Source of the DNA: Trichinella spiralis
Taxonomy: Eukaryota
Direction of reading: 5' to 3'
Length of the DNA stretch: 64,000 nt
NCBI RefSeq assembly: GCF_000181795.1
Contig: NW_003526944.1
Coordinates: forward strand, 2,941,584 to 3,005,583
The position numbers were made by a program, and so were the translations under genes. The notes beneath the pieces were generated by a model. The model saw only the letters and a program-made list of their open reading frames with translations. It was not told where the DNA came from and searched no databases. How positions within the stretch are numbered: the first letter of the stretch is position 1; each line of letters opens with the position of its first letter. Positions 13,053-28,491 of the stretch are shown here, in pieces.

Positions 13053-15281
13053 TTTGAACCGTCTATGGAAAAGTTGCCCAGTCGATCAGTTTTTAAAGCC
13101 CAAGATGCAACCGGTAAAAGGTGCCCACGCCCATAACGGTCGTGCCCGAATCCAAATCGAAATTACGAAACATAAGTCATGGCAAAGCTGTCAGCATAGA
13201 TGAATTGCGCTGGCGTCAACCAGGGCCCGTGCAGGCTGCGCGACCATGCTGTCCAACGAGCTTGTAAAGGAGTGGTCCCCTGTCAGCGACCTGCCGCACC
13301 CTCTTTCACTACACATCGATCAGCTCATATTTAATTTTACTGACAAGTTTTTCTCTTAAAGCACCAATCTGGTAAACTGTCAACTCACTGGTCCCTTTCT
13401 CAAATATATTTTATAAACTTCTCAATTCAAGATGCTGCTTTTCCACAGTCGGCAAAAAAAAACAGTACAGTTTCAGTTCAGATAAATTAGAACACATCTT
13501 AAATCAACGTTTCATTTTGCAAACTCTATAATGCAAATAAATCCTGCCTGCTTTTGGAACACGTGTCCTTGGCCCTTGCATTACAATGCAACATCGCAAA
13601 ATCTGAAGCTCTTTTTTCAGTGATTCTGAAAAATGATAACCCCAAGATGTTCGTTTCACAATGCACATTCCTCAACGAATCCAAAGATGCATTTTAATTT
13701 TACATTTACATTTACATTGTAACTGAAATTATGTTGGTCTACTGAAAGTATTGTAAACAACAATAGCAATGCTACGAACACATTATATTCATCGTATTGT
13801 TGAAAATTCAAGAGCATGCGCAAACCTTAAAATTCAGACAGCTTTCTCTACGTTTCATAACATTTCTCAAACTCACAAAAAACTTATAAAAATGAACTGA
13901 TAAAACGTTTTTCAATTCAACAATACTTTGCATAATTGGAGGTGTGCGATCGACAATAATACGCATTGCAAATATTTGTTTCAAACGTTCGATAAACAAA
14001 TTTTATTTAATTAAAGAATTAAATGAATGATCAAAGAAAAAAAATACAATAAGCTCGTGCATTTTGATAAAATGAGTGGTGACTAACTTGCGTCACTAAA
14101 AAAGTACAAATTAAACGAGTCCCAAAATCAAATAATAAAGTATTAATCATCGCCGATAAGCATATTATCCTGCACTATCATTCACTCAAATACGCTTTTA
14201 AATAAGCCTTAACTTAAATAAATATAATATGAAAATATATAATAAATATGATTCTTGTTGAAACATTCCAATCAATTGAACCAATATAAAATATATGCAA
14301 CAAAATGAAACCCTTCTTTGAACAAAATTCAAATTATTAATTACATTATCCTCAGCGCTTAAAGATTTGTTTCTCAAACTGTTTTGTCTTCTTTTCTGTG
14401 CTTGTGAACTATGATCAAATCCATTTCGCATAAAGTTTCTATGCAAATTACTAAATCAATCGTTGCTTTTACGGTGTACTTTTTCAATTAGTCAAATTCC
14501 ATCAATTAATTAAATCTGACGCACTGCGTAGCAAGTTCATCATGAAACATTTTAACTATATACTTAAACTGAACTACAGTAATAATAATAATATATTCAT
14601 TGCATCTATAAGAATGAAATGGCTACAATAATTTTTGAAAAATGGTTCGTAAAAGAAGATGCTGCTTTGCAATACAATGATAATTGAGTGGGTCAAAATC
14701 AACGTTGGAAATGTTCATCTTCACAAAACTTTTGTCAAAAGTATCCGCATATTAATTGATAATAGTTTCTTTTGTCAGTAGATTTGTCCAAATTTAAATC
14801 TATCTAATTTGAATGAAATATATTTTCAATCAATTTCAAACTTCAACAGTTGAAAGGCAAAGTCCCAGTCTATGCACAATAGAATTCGATGCAATTCAGA
14901 TTGAAAAATCGTCTATTCTATTCTAGTCTATTCTTTTATATAAAATAAGAAAAAAAAGGAAAACTTTTTCGTTCTACAATTATAAATAGAAACACAGATT
15001 GAAGATCGAGTTCGGGGAAATTTATTTCTTACAACAATGGACACAATTAACTAATTTTATTTAACTGATTGAACTGATTATCTGAACTATTGAAAAAATT
15101 GTGATAACTAGACGAGTAATGGAAAAAACAGAAAATAAGTTGTTGCTCTTTTGAAAGATTGACGTCAATCATATTGACATTGGTTTCAATGTTCTCGCAT
15201 TACGAAAAAATCATGCTCAATGCTAATGCGTGCACATACGGCAGATGTAAAGATTTTTTGGTACAAATTCGAATAGTTTTA

Positions 15282-15283
<2 letters not shown>

Positions 15284-15316
<33 letters not shown>
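15284..15316. repeat. (AAT)n microsatellite
   Basis: Read directly. Confidence 0.9.
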
Positions 15317-17962
15317 CAACTGATGCGATTTATCATTTATCTGCACATTAGTATTATGAGCATTCTGCTTGGGAAAAATAATTTCAAATCTAATCTGTTT
15401 TAGCTTACTTTATACCGCTTGACAATAAGTTTCAAATGCCATGCACAACAGTATAGCACTGTTTTACTGTGTCTTATAATAAGAGATAAATTTAAACGAC
15501 ATTAAAAAAGCACATTTCCATGGTAGAGAAAATTTTTATGTATTTTACAAAGTATAAATAAGCAAAAGCAATCTAATTGCAAAATAGCATTCAATAAAGT
15601 AACATTTCTTATTCTACTTCTTTCCCCAGGCAGGTTCAATTTAATTCCATCTATTTATAACTGAAAAGTGTTTATTTCAGGATGATGAGCTCATCCTGTT
15701 TTCTGTTTACAAAGCTAATTCGCTTGTGCTCATTGATAAACTGAGGATTTTTAACCACGAGCAACTGTTCCACTACTAAGCTAATGATAATCATATTTCT
15801 GTTTTGTTTTTACAAATAAATCACATCATCAAGTGTTAAGATGTGATGAGATCGAAAAATGAATGATTTTTTTTATTAATTGTAATCGGACACAACCGTC
15901 TCGTTTGATAGTCTGACGCATCTGTAAGTATAAAATTGCCACATTTGCACAAGCTACAGTTACCAGTATCAGAGAGTGCATATTTTGTTTCCCACAAAGC
16001 AAATGCAGATATTGTTTCTTTTTTTTAAATATCTACTGAACAACTAAAATTAAATCAATCGGTCTACTAGAGTGAAACATTCAACAAAGCACTTTCACCA
16101 TAACGTTGAGCTGAATAATCAGCGCTGGAATGCTTATCAATTGTCTGCGCTAAGCAAACACGAATGTTTGCAAATCTATTAGTTGGCGATGCAGTGCAGG
16201 GCAGTATAAGCACTCAGCATCTAGCAGCTTCTTCAACAGCAAAGTTGAAGTTGAATAGGTCGTTCGAATAAAAAATCACTTTTGTTATCACTCAAAGCGT
16301 ATGCATCCCACCCGGTCTACACTATCATCATCATCATCAATCCAGTCGGCTAGCTGCTAAACATCGTACCAAGCATTCACAAATTTTCAAAGCAGGTGTG
16401 AATATTTTTCATATCACTCTCGGTTCGTTAAAATTCATTTCGTCATTATTGTACATTTGTTGATAAAGCACTTGTTACATGCTAAAAGTCGACCTCTCGT
16501 TTTAAATAAATAAATCCATTAGCAAAAGCAATTTCAACTAGTAGTGTACAATTAATAATGTAGCAGTGTAATTAGTTTGAATATTCTCATAATTTTTTTT
16601 TGATCTTAAAAAGCAATTTGAAAATCCATTTAGCTGAATGAGAAGAGCCGATTTCAATTCATCACCATCACACACACACACACACACAAATAAATAAAAT
16701 TTGGAATATTTGAAATTTTGAAAAACAAAAATTCAACAGTTGCCAACAAGTTGTTCAACAAAAAAGATGTTTGACATATTCAATGAATTGTAACGAAATT
16801 TCGCAGTGACAATGATGGCCGGAAAAATTCAAATATTAAGAATTAAAAATAGCAATGGAAGAGAGAATTGGAAGTACAAATGCGAACGAACATTGTCGAA
16901 TGGATTGCAACAATTGAGAAAAGTAATAAAATTCTGCCTGCCAACTTGATTGCTTTGAAAAGTAATTTGCAAATACGTGTCGCAAACATTGAAAGCAAAC
17001 GAACGCTGCTATGCAAGAGTTGCCAAATGGAAAGTTGAATAGAAAGAACTTTTGCTTTAAAATAATAATAAAAATTAAAAAAAGACAGGAACAACATTTC
17101 CAATTCTCACATTGAAATAGCTATTATCAAATAAATAAATGCACATCAACCATTTCAACAATTGTGACGCTTATAATTTAATGCAGGCACATTAAAGCTG
17201 TCTGTGCCTGCCTGCTTGCCTTCGCTCAACAACGCCGAAGTTACAATGAATGAATAATGATTCTTGCTTTATTGCCATTTAATTTTCTTCAGTAGAACCT
17301 TGTAAAAGGCTATTTAAAAGCATCAGCAGAAAAAGCTACTATCATTACACTCTATCAGTTTCAGTTGACTACAAGTACAAATATCCTTCATTGCTTTTCC
17401 TGTATCGATAAGAGGTGTGTATAAATGAGAAGTTTCAAAAATCATCATTAAAAGAGTCTTCTTGTTCAAGGTTGATAATAAACTCATCTCACCGGTAAAA
17501 AAATAAGAAGAAAATGACCATACCATACCGTATATTGTTGCCATATCAAGTCAAATGGGTCAATTTAGAAAGGACAACCTCGCCGCTTTTTAAAATAGCT
17601 GCTAGCCTTAGAAAGTCGTAGTTGTCAATTTTGGCTAATTTCAAAACAGCTTGCTTGCATTGGATAGTATTTTTTTTCATCGTACTCTCTCACAAACTTT
17701 GTCTTTGAAAATTTGTCAACGAATCGGTGAGATGTTGCATGACATGAACGAAGAAGAGATTAATTGAAACTTCCGTGGATATTTGTTAGAAAATTTGCCT
17801 TTTCTCCCGTTTTTGCATCCCAACTGTCGTACCGTTGTTGTAATTTGAATAAGCGCTCGTTGTCCCATCTTCTTGTACAAGAAAAATATTTGACCAAATT
17901 AAAAATATTCCCCCTTGCATTGTAGAATAAATAGACAAAAAAGAGAAGAAATTATTGAACTG

Positions 17963-20900
17963 ATGGCAGAATCAGTGTTGGAAAATTGTGAAGACAACAA
18001 CGACAACAGTGGTGGTGGTGGTGGTGGTGGTCAGCAGCAGGACTGCAGAGATTTGAATAAGCTTGAATCAACAACATCAACAGCTGCTGCTTTGTTAGCA
18101 ACAGCGAGAACGGAAAAGTCAACTGTGCACAATTGCAGCAAGGCGATCGGTTTTTCTGTTTCATTTGCATCACCAGCGTCGCAGGTGGTAGGCGATGACA
18201 TTAGCAGTGCTGTGCAAGCGCCGGTGACGGCAGACGTTAACCAGTTCGTCGCCTGTTGTCAAAGACGTCTTCAGCAGCTCGTGTCGCAGTATGCAGTCGG
18301 CGGCGATCCTCGGTCGTTCAGCTACAGTAATCATCCAGAAGACGATTTGAACGACCGCCAACAAGCATCCGGCCAATTGCGACACAGCCAGGAGGAGGCG
18401 GATTGGTCAGCGCCGCCAGGACAACGAACATTGTTCGACGACAGCGACTTCTGTGGATCGATAAAGCGAAAAGTGCCACACCGAATTCACCGCTTGACGA
18501 ACACCGATTCAATTTGCTGCTCATCAATAATATCCGCCCAAACAGCAGAACCTGACAACGACGACGACGGTCATCGTCTTGACGACCAACTGACCATCAT
18601 CGCCAACAACACTGACCGCGTAATTGATCAAATGGAAATCGACCTCGACGGCGCTTTGAAACGTTTCGACCGTTACTGTTGCATTTATTCCGATTCACCG
18701 CTGTCCAACTACGTCTCCAGTGGACGTTTGAGACGTGACCGCTCCAGGCTGGTTGAAAACAACTCATCGCCTGACAACCACCACTACCACCATTCACACA
18801 CGTACAAGCAGCAACACATCAAGCCAAATTGTAACCATGGTAAGTACAATTTTTCTTAAAAAAATCTTTTCTACACTCCTACCTCTCCTCACTCGATTCA
18901 AAAATTACACAAACCATTCTCTGCTTATCGTGTACATGTGCATAATTCTTGTCTACCGTATGGATTTCCCTTTTTTAATCTACAATAACTACTAACTACT
19001 ACCGTAATTTGAGTACAAGGACAGATAATATTATCACCGTATTGTTCAAGTGAATTTTTGAATTAAACACAAAACAATCAAGTACTATGCATGTTTACCT
19101 GCGGTGAAAACATTTGATATTCTTTCTTCAAATTAAATATAAATTTATTCTGTCAATTTTTATCACAATTCAATTTAACTAGCGTAATTTAAATTCCAAC
19201 GCTTCATCTACTACTCATTAGATTAAAATTAAAGTTAAATTAGAGAAAATAAATTTTTCTACTGAAATTTCCTCGTCGATTTATTTATTCTTCACATTTG
19301 TGAAAACAACAAATATCAGAAGAGATAACGATGAATTTTGTTTATATCTGCGTGTTTATCAAATGGTTGAGCTTATCGGTAAACAGTGAAACAAGCTAAT
19401 TTAGAAAGTTTCACCGGCAACAATTTAGCGATGTAAACAAAGAACTCGATATGCCTCGTTGTTGTTGTTTACTCACTGTTGCATGGTGGAATGAATGGAA
19501 ATTGAATATTACAGTAATTTACTGTAAGCTTTACTTTGCTAGATTTTTGTTTCATTTTAATCTTCCATTGATCAAAGGAAATTTGCTGCGAAATGAACCG
19601 GTTTCGTTTCAACCGTCTCATGCATTCTCTCATTGTTCACAATTATCAATCAAAAGCTACTTTTGAAGTTGTGAAACAGTATTTCTGAAAAGTCAAAACT
19701 GGACCATTCCCATAATGTGCCGCTATGTGTTGCTTTATCACTTGTCAAAAATTGTCAAACCTTCTTTCCCAAACATGCAGCAATAAATCAGACTTAAATC
19801 GAACATATATTTCAAATTCTGTATTCAAAATAATCATTAGTTATGCTTGAGGAAAAATATTCACATTTATGCAAATTCAGTGCAAAACCAGAACAAAATT
19901 CTTTTTTGCACAAAACAGAAAGAAAGCAATTGAAGCTGCTCGCTACTAGAATGCGTTCAAATTTCCCGCCAATTTTTCCATTATCTCGCAAGTAGATTTA
20001 ATTTCACAACTAAAGCTAAATTTGATCAAAAAAGCAAAAGCAAAACTTTAGAACTTTGCAACAAAACAGATGCAGCGTTGTTATCAAAAAAAGAATGAAA
20101 AAAATTGCTGCTAACCGTGTAACAAACTCTGCTTAAACATATATACGAACTTATTCACGAAACGTTGCTGGCTTATTACTTATTCTCTGAACGAGCATTT
20201 CGAAAGTGCACACTTTATGTAGCAAAATAATAATGCGCAGTTTCTCTCGTTGAAGCGTAAAAGATTTTCCAACGCGATGCCGCCCAGATGTTGAACTTCT
20301 GCTATTGCTAATAAAATTAAAAAATGCACGCTGAACAAAAAAATAATAAAACCAAGGACCAAATGAACAGCAGCAAACAATTTGCAAATTTGATTTGGCA
20401 CTTATTCAAAAACTATTTTCCTGTGATATACTGTAAGACTGTGGAGTTAGTTGTCTTAAACGATCGACATTACTACCGTTGCTAGGGAAAGATAAAAGTG
20501 CAATGAAATTTCAAGTTGTCTAATCAATTCTGCCAGTGCAGAGGAGAGGAACAGTGGCGTTTTAAACAATCATACAGCTTCATCTTATTTATATTTTCTC
20601 TTCATAACCGCATCCTGTACTGAGTGAGTAATAATTATTTTTATTTCAACTTCTTTCCAAATTTTCTTGAGTATTTTCGGTTTGTGCATCGAGATATATG
20701 CCTTGACCATGGTTTAAGCTATTGCAGTTCAAACAAGTATGAAAAAATTTAAAAATCTTAAACAATAGCTGCTGAACTGTAATATAGCAAACAAGTCTAC
20801 ATTTTAATTTTTTTTATCAAAAAAAAGTTAATTCTAAAGAAAATTCTCATCAAATGAATGATATTATTATTATTGAGTACATTTATTATTTCATTTCAGT

Positions 20901-23900
20901 AATGCATTTTCATCATTGCAGCTTTATATATTCTTTGAGCATTTTCTAGAGAATATTGATTTTCCAACTCCCTTTCTCTCCCTCTTCAGCTATTAAGCAC
21001 AGACAGAGATAATTTTACAAACGATTGCGCACAAAATAAACACACAAAGCCTCTACGTATTTATGCAGATTGTCTTTTTGTGTAACGCTATCGTAGAAGA
21101 ATTTTCCACTGTTTTGTCATCTAATAAGATATCAGTAAATAAAATATTTCCCTTCCTACGTTTGATATGACTGAAAAATTCCGTACATTTTCTCAAAAAC
21201 GACTATAGCGACATTTACAATAATTTGCACGCGTATATTAGTGTAATTGAAAAGTAGGGGAAAAATTATATAATTTAGTATATTAAAAATAATAATAAAG
21301 AACAACAATCTGAATAAATTAAAACTTACATCAGTCAGCAGTGTTGTTAATTGGGGTTGAAGTGAACTTTGTTTGCCAGCAAGTCTGCTAACGGTGAAAG
21401 TGAAAAGGCTGGAATAACTGGACGCACGTTTTCCAAAAAAAGTCTGCTCTCACGTAAAGCTTGCACATTTAGACGACGACCGTTCTCGACCGAATGATCA
21501 CACTGAATTGTTCTGCACAGAGAAATTTATTTGATCAACTGCGTCATTCTCTTCGATATATATGCAAATTTCAGTGGGTTTGTTTGTTCCTATTGTAAAA
21601 CCGTGAACAGTTAATGTATATAATGTTCTCCGCTTTCAGAAATTCATATGAAAAATAATTATTAGCAGATTATTATTTCAACAATATAAAGCATGTAACA
21701 AAATATTTAAGATACAGCATTTTTTGCTATTTACATAATCTACGTGTGTAACAACGCATTCGTTTTTTCTTTTTTCAAAAAACATTCGTTTTAAGATATT
21801 ACGTCATTGTATATATTTTTGAAAATACAATGCCATTCAATATGTACAAACTGAATAATGCTGCTGCTAATGTAATCGTTTATTTTTGTCAAATTTGATG
21901 GAAGATGATGGTGATAATATTCAAATCATACTGATGCAACCTAATTTTTCTCTGACCAGTTTGTAAATTAGAATGTGCCTGCAACAACCAGAAGCAGATT
22001 GTCATTGCTACACTGTCGACAACATTTCTGGCTAGCAATAATTGCTTTTTAAACTGGACACTTTTTACGCGCTTTTCCGGTACTCATTGTAGAAATATTC
22101 GACCACGAAATTCTCTCTCAGTTTTCCATTCTATATATCAAATGAAGAAATGAAAATATATTCTCAAATCAACTGGTATTATGAACAGTTTCTTGTATAA
22201 TGATTCAGTCATTGTAATTAAAATCAACTTTACATGTAAAAACCCTTTTCGGTATACTGTAATCTGCACACGTATATATATATATATATATGTATGTATT
22301 TATTTAATCTAAAATTTCAACTGTTCAAGTATTTTTCTTTATATTTGTTTGCATGTGTAATTATATCAACTTTTCATGCTCTGCCAAAATCGAAGCACAA
22401 TAATATAGCACACACAATTCAGTCATTGCATGTATGTCATTGGAAAATACTCGTTAGCACAAGCTCGACTGGTTTCTTCTCTTCACCTTAATCATTCTCA
22501 CACACACATTTAAAAGGAAAACCAACAACCAAAGAGAATATCTAGGGAAATATTTTTTTGCGAATTTTATGCTAAACAGTTAATGCAAAAATATTAGACC
22601 GTTTGCAAACATATTTTTGCGACAAAATTATTCTTCTCATCGTCGATTGTTCTTCTTCTTCTTCTTTTCAACAAGCTTAGTCAAAAATTGCTTACTTTTT
22701 CTTGCTAACCGTGCAAAGTCTACATACAACATTTCAAAGAATTTCAATCAAGAATATCAAGGATTGGATTTTAGTCGTTGGTGACTGTTGGTGAAAGTGG
22801 CACGCGGTCACAAATTTCCACCTTTGCATTAATCAGAAGCTGTGTACAGAATCAGACGGTTTGCCTGCTTTTGTTTATTTGTTTGTTCACCAAACAAACA
22901 TACAGCTTGACAGTTAGATTTTCATTTTTTTTCAATTCCGTCATGAATTGAAAATACTAAGCTCATTCGAATTATACATACATATATATATATAGTTTTG
23001 TCCTTCAATTTCACCTCTGTTCAGTTGACCACAAAGCAGAGCTTTTATTCCAAGCAAAACCGTTCAGCTTAGAGCGTGCGAACGTGACGTTATGCTTTGT
23101 TTACTTTGCTTTGTTACCACGTTGAACTTTTAAAATGATGATGGATCGAGAATGCAAATTTCATTTTTGGCAAAATTAAGCTAGAAAAAAGCGAGCATAG
23201 TGCAGGTGAATTTCTTCTCAATTGGGCATTTTTCTTTTTAGCAACTTCAACTGGCAGTCTAGCCAGTTTTCCGGATGAGCAGAACAACAATAACAACGAC
23301 AACGACGACCGCATACCGTGCTCATTTTTGCATTTCACTGCTGAGGCCGACCGAGGTCGCCAAACAACACCACCACCACCACCATCATCATCACTACCAC
23401 AACCACAACCCCAACCCCAACCGCTAACACTAGACGGCGTTGCAGATAGGAAAAGTGACAAATACGAAAAGCCGGTCAACGTCGACCCGCCGGTAGCAGC
23501 AACGGCCTCGACATTCAGCCTGGACGAGGACGACGACAACCGTAAAAGCTCGACAATTCTGCACGGCTATTGCGTTGGTCAGACGACGGCAACGTTCACA
23601 TCCCATTCTGAGCACATCCCGTTGAATATTGCCGTCAGTGTTCATTCAACCGGCAATAACAATATCAATTCCGCTCGTCAACTGCAACCAGATCAGCAGC
23701 AGCATAGTAAGCAGCAGCATTCTTTGCCAACAGTTATTGACAGTCAGCGTCAAAAAGCAACTGTGGAACAATTCCAACCGCCACCAATGGCACATCAGCC
23801 GTTGTCGACGAACAGTGGTGGTCGTAAATGGTGGAACGGTTCCACGAAGACCACTGCCCAACGACCACTGGCCGTACCGCGCATACAGACCGAAGACTTG

Positions 23901-26900
23901 GAACGCATGCTGAGGCGACCGTATTTTGCGCGTTGCAAAGCCGACTATTCGCCTCTGGACGTCCAAACGATACAAGCCGACGAATCTGCACTGCCAAGTC
24001 CAATCTCCTATTTATCAACTGTCTCTTCCAGGCCGACAACACCGAGTCAGTGGAACAATTATGGCTCTCATCCACACCAGCAGACAACAACTTCGTCGTC
24101 ATCCGAAGAATACCAACGATATCGACAAAAGCAAGACGAATTGGAACAGACACGCCAGCTGAGAAGGCAAAAGTACAAGGCGAAAATTGAACGGGCCAAA
24201 AAGGAATTTCTCGAAAGCCGTGCCAGCATATCGGACTTGTTCAAAAGTCGTGAAGAGTTTGCGAAAAAGTTCAAAATTTCCATGGAACGCATGGACGAGC
24301 GGATGCGCGATCCGGAAGCCGCCCGCGGACCCTACTTGGAATATTTGTCCCGAAGTGGCAATTTGCACATCAAAACTGACCATCAAGCGCCGGTCCGCTA
24401 CGTGCCACAAAAGTCGCCCTTCGACCGGGATTATCAGGCGCTGTTCGATCGCGCCGAACGGATGTGGGCCGCTTACGAAAGACGTCGGGCCAACAGTCGT
24501 CAGAATCTTTACGCACGGTCGCGCGCCATTAGCACTGGATTTCTCGAAAGCACTATCGCAGATGTGGCCAATTCACCAACTGACGCATTTCAGGTAAATA
24601 TTTGTGTACCTAATCATTTTCCTTTTCTTTTTTTCAAATCTACATCATCATCTTATGCAAAAGTACACACATCTATTTTTATGTGTAAAAGTAGTTGTTT
24701 TTTTTGGCATATTATTCATACATTGTACAGAATACTGCTTTTTGGCTAAATAGCTTCTTATTCATTTTACTCTTCCGGTCAGATTCTTCTCAATAAGAGG
24801 TCATGTTTATTTTCTTCTCCAGTGTAATGAAGAACTAGTTTAAGCATAGTTGAGAAAATTGTATCACACATGCTTGCTTATCATCATTATTACTATTATT
24901 CAAGGTCGACCAAGGCCAAGCTGCTGAATCAGTAGCATTTGAATTATCAGTACTATTTTCGAGTTTATCTTTCTTTTTTTTCTATTCACTGAATTACTAT
25001 CCAGTTTCTATATGTTTCTGTGGTGAAAAACTTCACCATTTTCAAACTGTATACTGTATCTTTTTAACATGCATTCACTTTTTCAAAGAAAAACAACAAA
25101 ATGTGAAAAACAACCTGCAGAGTAACCCCTAGACAAATATTTGATAGATGAAAATCGATGTTTAAAATGATAATTTCTATTTAACTAAAGCGTTAGCATT
25201 TGCATTTGCATAAATAGTTCGCGTACAAATTGCATGCCTGATGCAATGCATTCTTTGCGTACTTCACGCATAGATTACACATGTATTGTGACCCGTTTGT
25301 AAAAGTTCAAACTTCTGCTATTCCCACTGCATGACAAACAATTGTTGTTCATTCACTTTAGATCCTCAAATTCATAATAAATCTAAACTCATAATGAAAT
25401 ACTAAATTTTATCAAGTTAAGAATAAATTGTTCCATTTAAAACTGTACCCTCTGTAGAGCTTTCAGTTGAACCGTCACATTTACTACCCACGTAGTTTAA
25501 CACACTTATTACTCATGGATTATGCAAAAGAAACGCAAATATTTTGCCAGTTTAAAACGACACAACAAATAATAAATGATTGATGATGATTTCCAAACGA
25601 TGTAATAGTACATGCTGTACTAGGCAAGTCAGCTGAATTGTTGAATTCATTAAAGTCATATTTTATGCTGAAAAATGTTTTCAGTTTAATAATGGGTAGA
25701 TATTATTTCAGTTTGCCAAGTTTTTCTTTTTTATTTTAGGTCGATGAAACAGATTTGGACGAAGTGCATCAACAAAATTTGCAAACAATTTTAGTTGATC
25801 ACATTTCTCGGCGTGATTCTGTAGCGATGAAAGATCGTCAAGTAGCGGATGCACATAGTCGAGCCCGAAGTGTTGACTATCTCATGAATAAAGCAAACCG
25901 TGAAGAAGCGGCTCCTCCAGAAAACCAACTGCAACGCATCATGGGCGGCGCGGAAGTATCAAACACAAATGTGGATGATACAAAGCTGTCCGTTCATGAA
26001 CTGCGCTTCAAAAAGTCCACTGATCAATTGCATTTACCCGACTGGTATGTCTCTTCAAGATATTCATCCGGTCAAAAGCCAGTGACCAACTTTCACCCAA
26101 GTCCCAAACAGACTCAACCGACTTCTTCTCAACCTAACCATAGATTCAACACTGCTCAAAATAGCATGGCCAGATCGCATCTTTCAACAACAAGCATACG
26201 TTGTGAAGAAAAAGTAAAAAAGGTGCCCGAGATCCCGGTTGATTTTTTTCACAAATATAAAGATGAAATAGAAACCTTGCGAAAAAGCAGATCTGAATTG
26301 AATAAGTTGATGGAAAATGACCAATTCGTTAAACAAGCACCATTGCTCATGTCCACGCCCACACCCGATCGTTCGTACAACACTATCCCACCGGTGCCTG
26401 TAGCCACTGTGCGACCAACACAACTGCAAATAACAGAAACTTATACAATCGAAAAGAAGATTATTACAAATCAGTCGCAGTCTAGTTCTGTATCAAGCAT
26501 CACTCGACAGCTGACTGAACCTCAGCCTAATAAATTTTGGTCAGAGTCAGCAAAATTTCCAAATGCAAGACTTCCGGCTCCTCCTGCTCTTCATCCTCCT
26601 CAGCCGGCCCCACGTTCTGATAGAATAAGACAGTTTTCAGCCGGATATACAGTGTCAGCGGTGCCAAGCTGTTGGAACGTTCCAAAGCAACGGGATAGTG
26701 TAGTTATCGACGTCGTTGACCCAGAACTGCAGGCCAAGTCAGGTAACGATGACCTATTCGTTTTATTGTACACGAGCTTATTTACTTTCCGAATCCACCA
26801 CATATCTCTTCTCATTTGATTCTCACCTCTGTTCTCTCTGAGCAAATAAACAACAACAGACCAATCAATTAAATATATGTCGTTCGATTTTCTTCAAGTT

Positions 26901-28491
26901 TACTCATAGCTCGTCTGTAGCAATATAATCACATTTCAATAATAACTTTGCCTTCAAAGCAATTAAAGAATTTCGCAGAATCTTCGCCAAATATGATAAC
27001 AGTTATTTTCCATTCTGGTAAACTATTTTACAATTTCCTGTACTCTTCTAATTATCATTTTAAATGACGGCTTTTGTAATGACTACTGTAGAGGAAATCA
27101 GAGATGTTGATTTGAATAAGTCGATTTATTTACTACAATTATATATGATTCCAAATAAGAACTAAATCCATCTCCAGATAAGACAGTTGGATAGATTTTC
27201 ACAGTCTATTATCGGAAATATGGTATATTGTAAAGTTTCTCGTCGAATTTCAGGATCTAAAAGTGGGAAGCCAGGAGAAAGCAACATAACTTTGGAAGAA
27301 GCTCTGGATTCGATCTTATCTCTACCTGGTGGGCCAAGTCGTTGGAAAGAGTTGGACGAGTCATTGGATGCAGATGACGCACCGCGTATACGGCCTCTCA
27401 CTCCAACCACATTATCCCGACCAGCAGTTTTCTCAGACAACGATTTGCTCATGGATAGATGCCGTAAATTGCCCAATTTGGCGCGTAAACTGCTACATGT
27501 AAGTAGATTGAAAAAACAACGCGCTAATAATTAACAAATGGGTGGGATTTGTTCGCAGTTTTCAAAATCTTTCATTGAATTTCAACTAATTTCACTAAAT
27601 TTGCTTCAGAATGAACCGCTCTGGGTACGATGCAACTGCTGCAATCGAACAGTAGACATGGACACTGCGAGAGGTCGATATATAAGCTGTAGGCATTGTT
27701 ACACCTATTACTGCAGTTATGGATGTCGCAGCGACGACTGGTTCGAACACAAGCCTCGATGTACTTATGCCAGAGTGAATACGGTGTGCAAAGAGGCAAT
27801 TGTCCGCGTGAAAAAGGATCTTCAAGCACAAAGGCAAATGTCAGCAGTGGCGCAAAGTGGTTACAACGAACGAGGGCGTGGATCGGTGAATTTGCGCTTC
27901 TTGCGCCTAGATTTGGCAAGGCAGTATATTGCCAACGGGTGGTCTGCATTGATTGGACACGACTGTTTGTATTATTTCACAATATCCGATTTGATCGAGA
28001 TGGGAAAGAGTGCGGATTTGATCCACGCTTGTCGTCAATATGATCCGACGACAAAATTCATCCTCAGCGTCAGCGTTGTGGTGGAAATTGACAAAGTTCC
28101 CGTTACCCCATCTTTCGGACCCAGACTTTCTGACTCTTCAGAGTCCCACTACTACGCCGGTTCAAATAGGATTTCTCGCTTTTCCAACTTTAAAACACAA
28201 TCCCTACCGCCGGCTCGTCGTGTGAGATCAAGCGGCGCAGTGAAAACTCTTGCCAGTCAACCGGCATCTGTAGTCTTAAAGTCGGTGCTAAAGTCGTTGG
28301 AAAATATTGCACCCAGTGCTGTGGAACAACCGCCGCAGCGTCCTGCCACTTTCAACCGTTCTAACCAACTCAGACATACAGTGGACAGTGGTCAACGGTC
28401 TGCCCGTAGTAACACGCATGGGCACACAATGCCGCATAGGTTTGGAGTAGAGTTGGCATTTCCGACTGAAGTCGATGAAACTGAAGTTTAA
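17963..28491 (+). CDS. ajm-1: Apical junction molecule 1 (AJM-1); exons ~17963-18839, 23242-24593, 25740-26742, 27254-27498, 27610-28491
   Basis: The C-terminal Cys-rich domain CNCC...SCRHCYTYYCSYGCRSDDWFEHKPRCTYARV...RGRGSV...YDPTTKFILSVSV resembles AJM1/C9orf172. Also present are the motifs RARSVDYLM, PPENQLQ and SVHELRFKKST..PDWY and a charged coiled-coil segment. Splice phases (1,0,1,0) are compatible. Attaching the first exon rests on phase compatibility only. Confidence 0.85.

Noticed and set aside
15678..15745. caggatga...tcatcctg hairpin with ATGATGA and a downstream CTGA (C/D snoRNA-like)
   Set aside because: No terminal stem or evident guide sequence, and such short motifs arise by chance.
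23114..24597. Many overlapping and antisense ORFs
   Set aside because: Shadows of the GC-rich ajm-1 exon.
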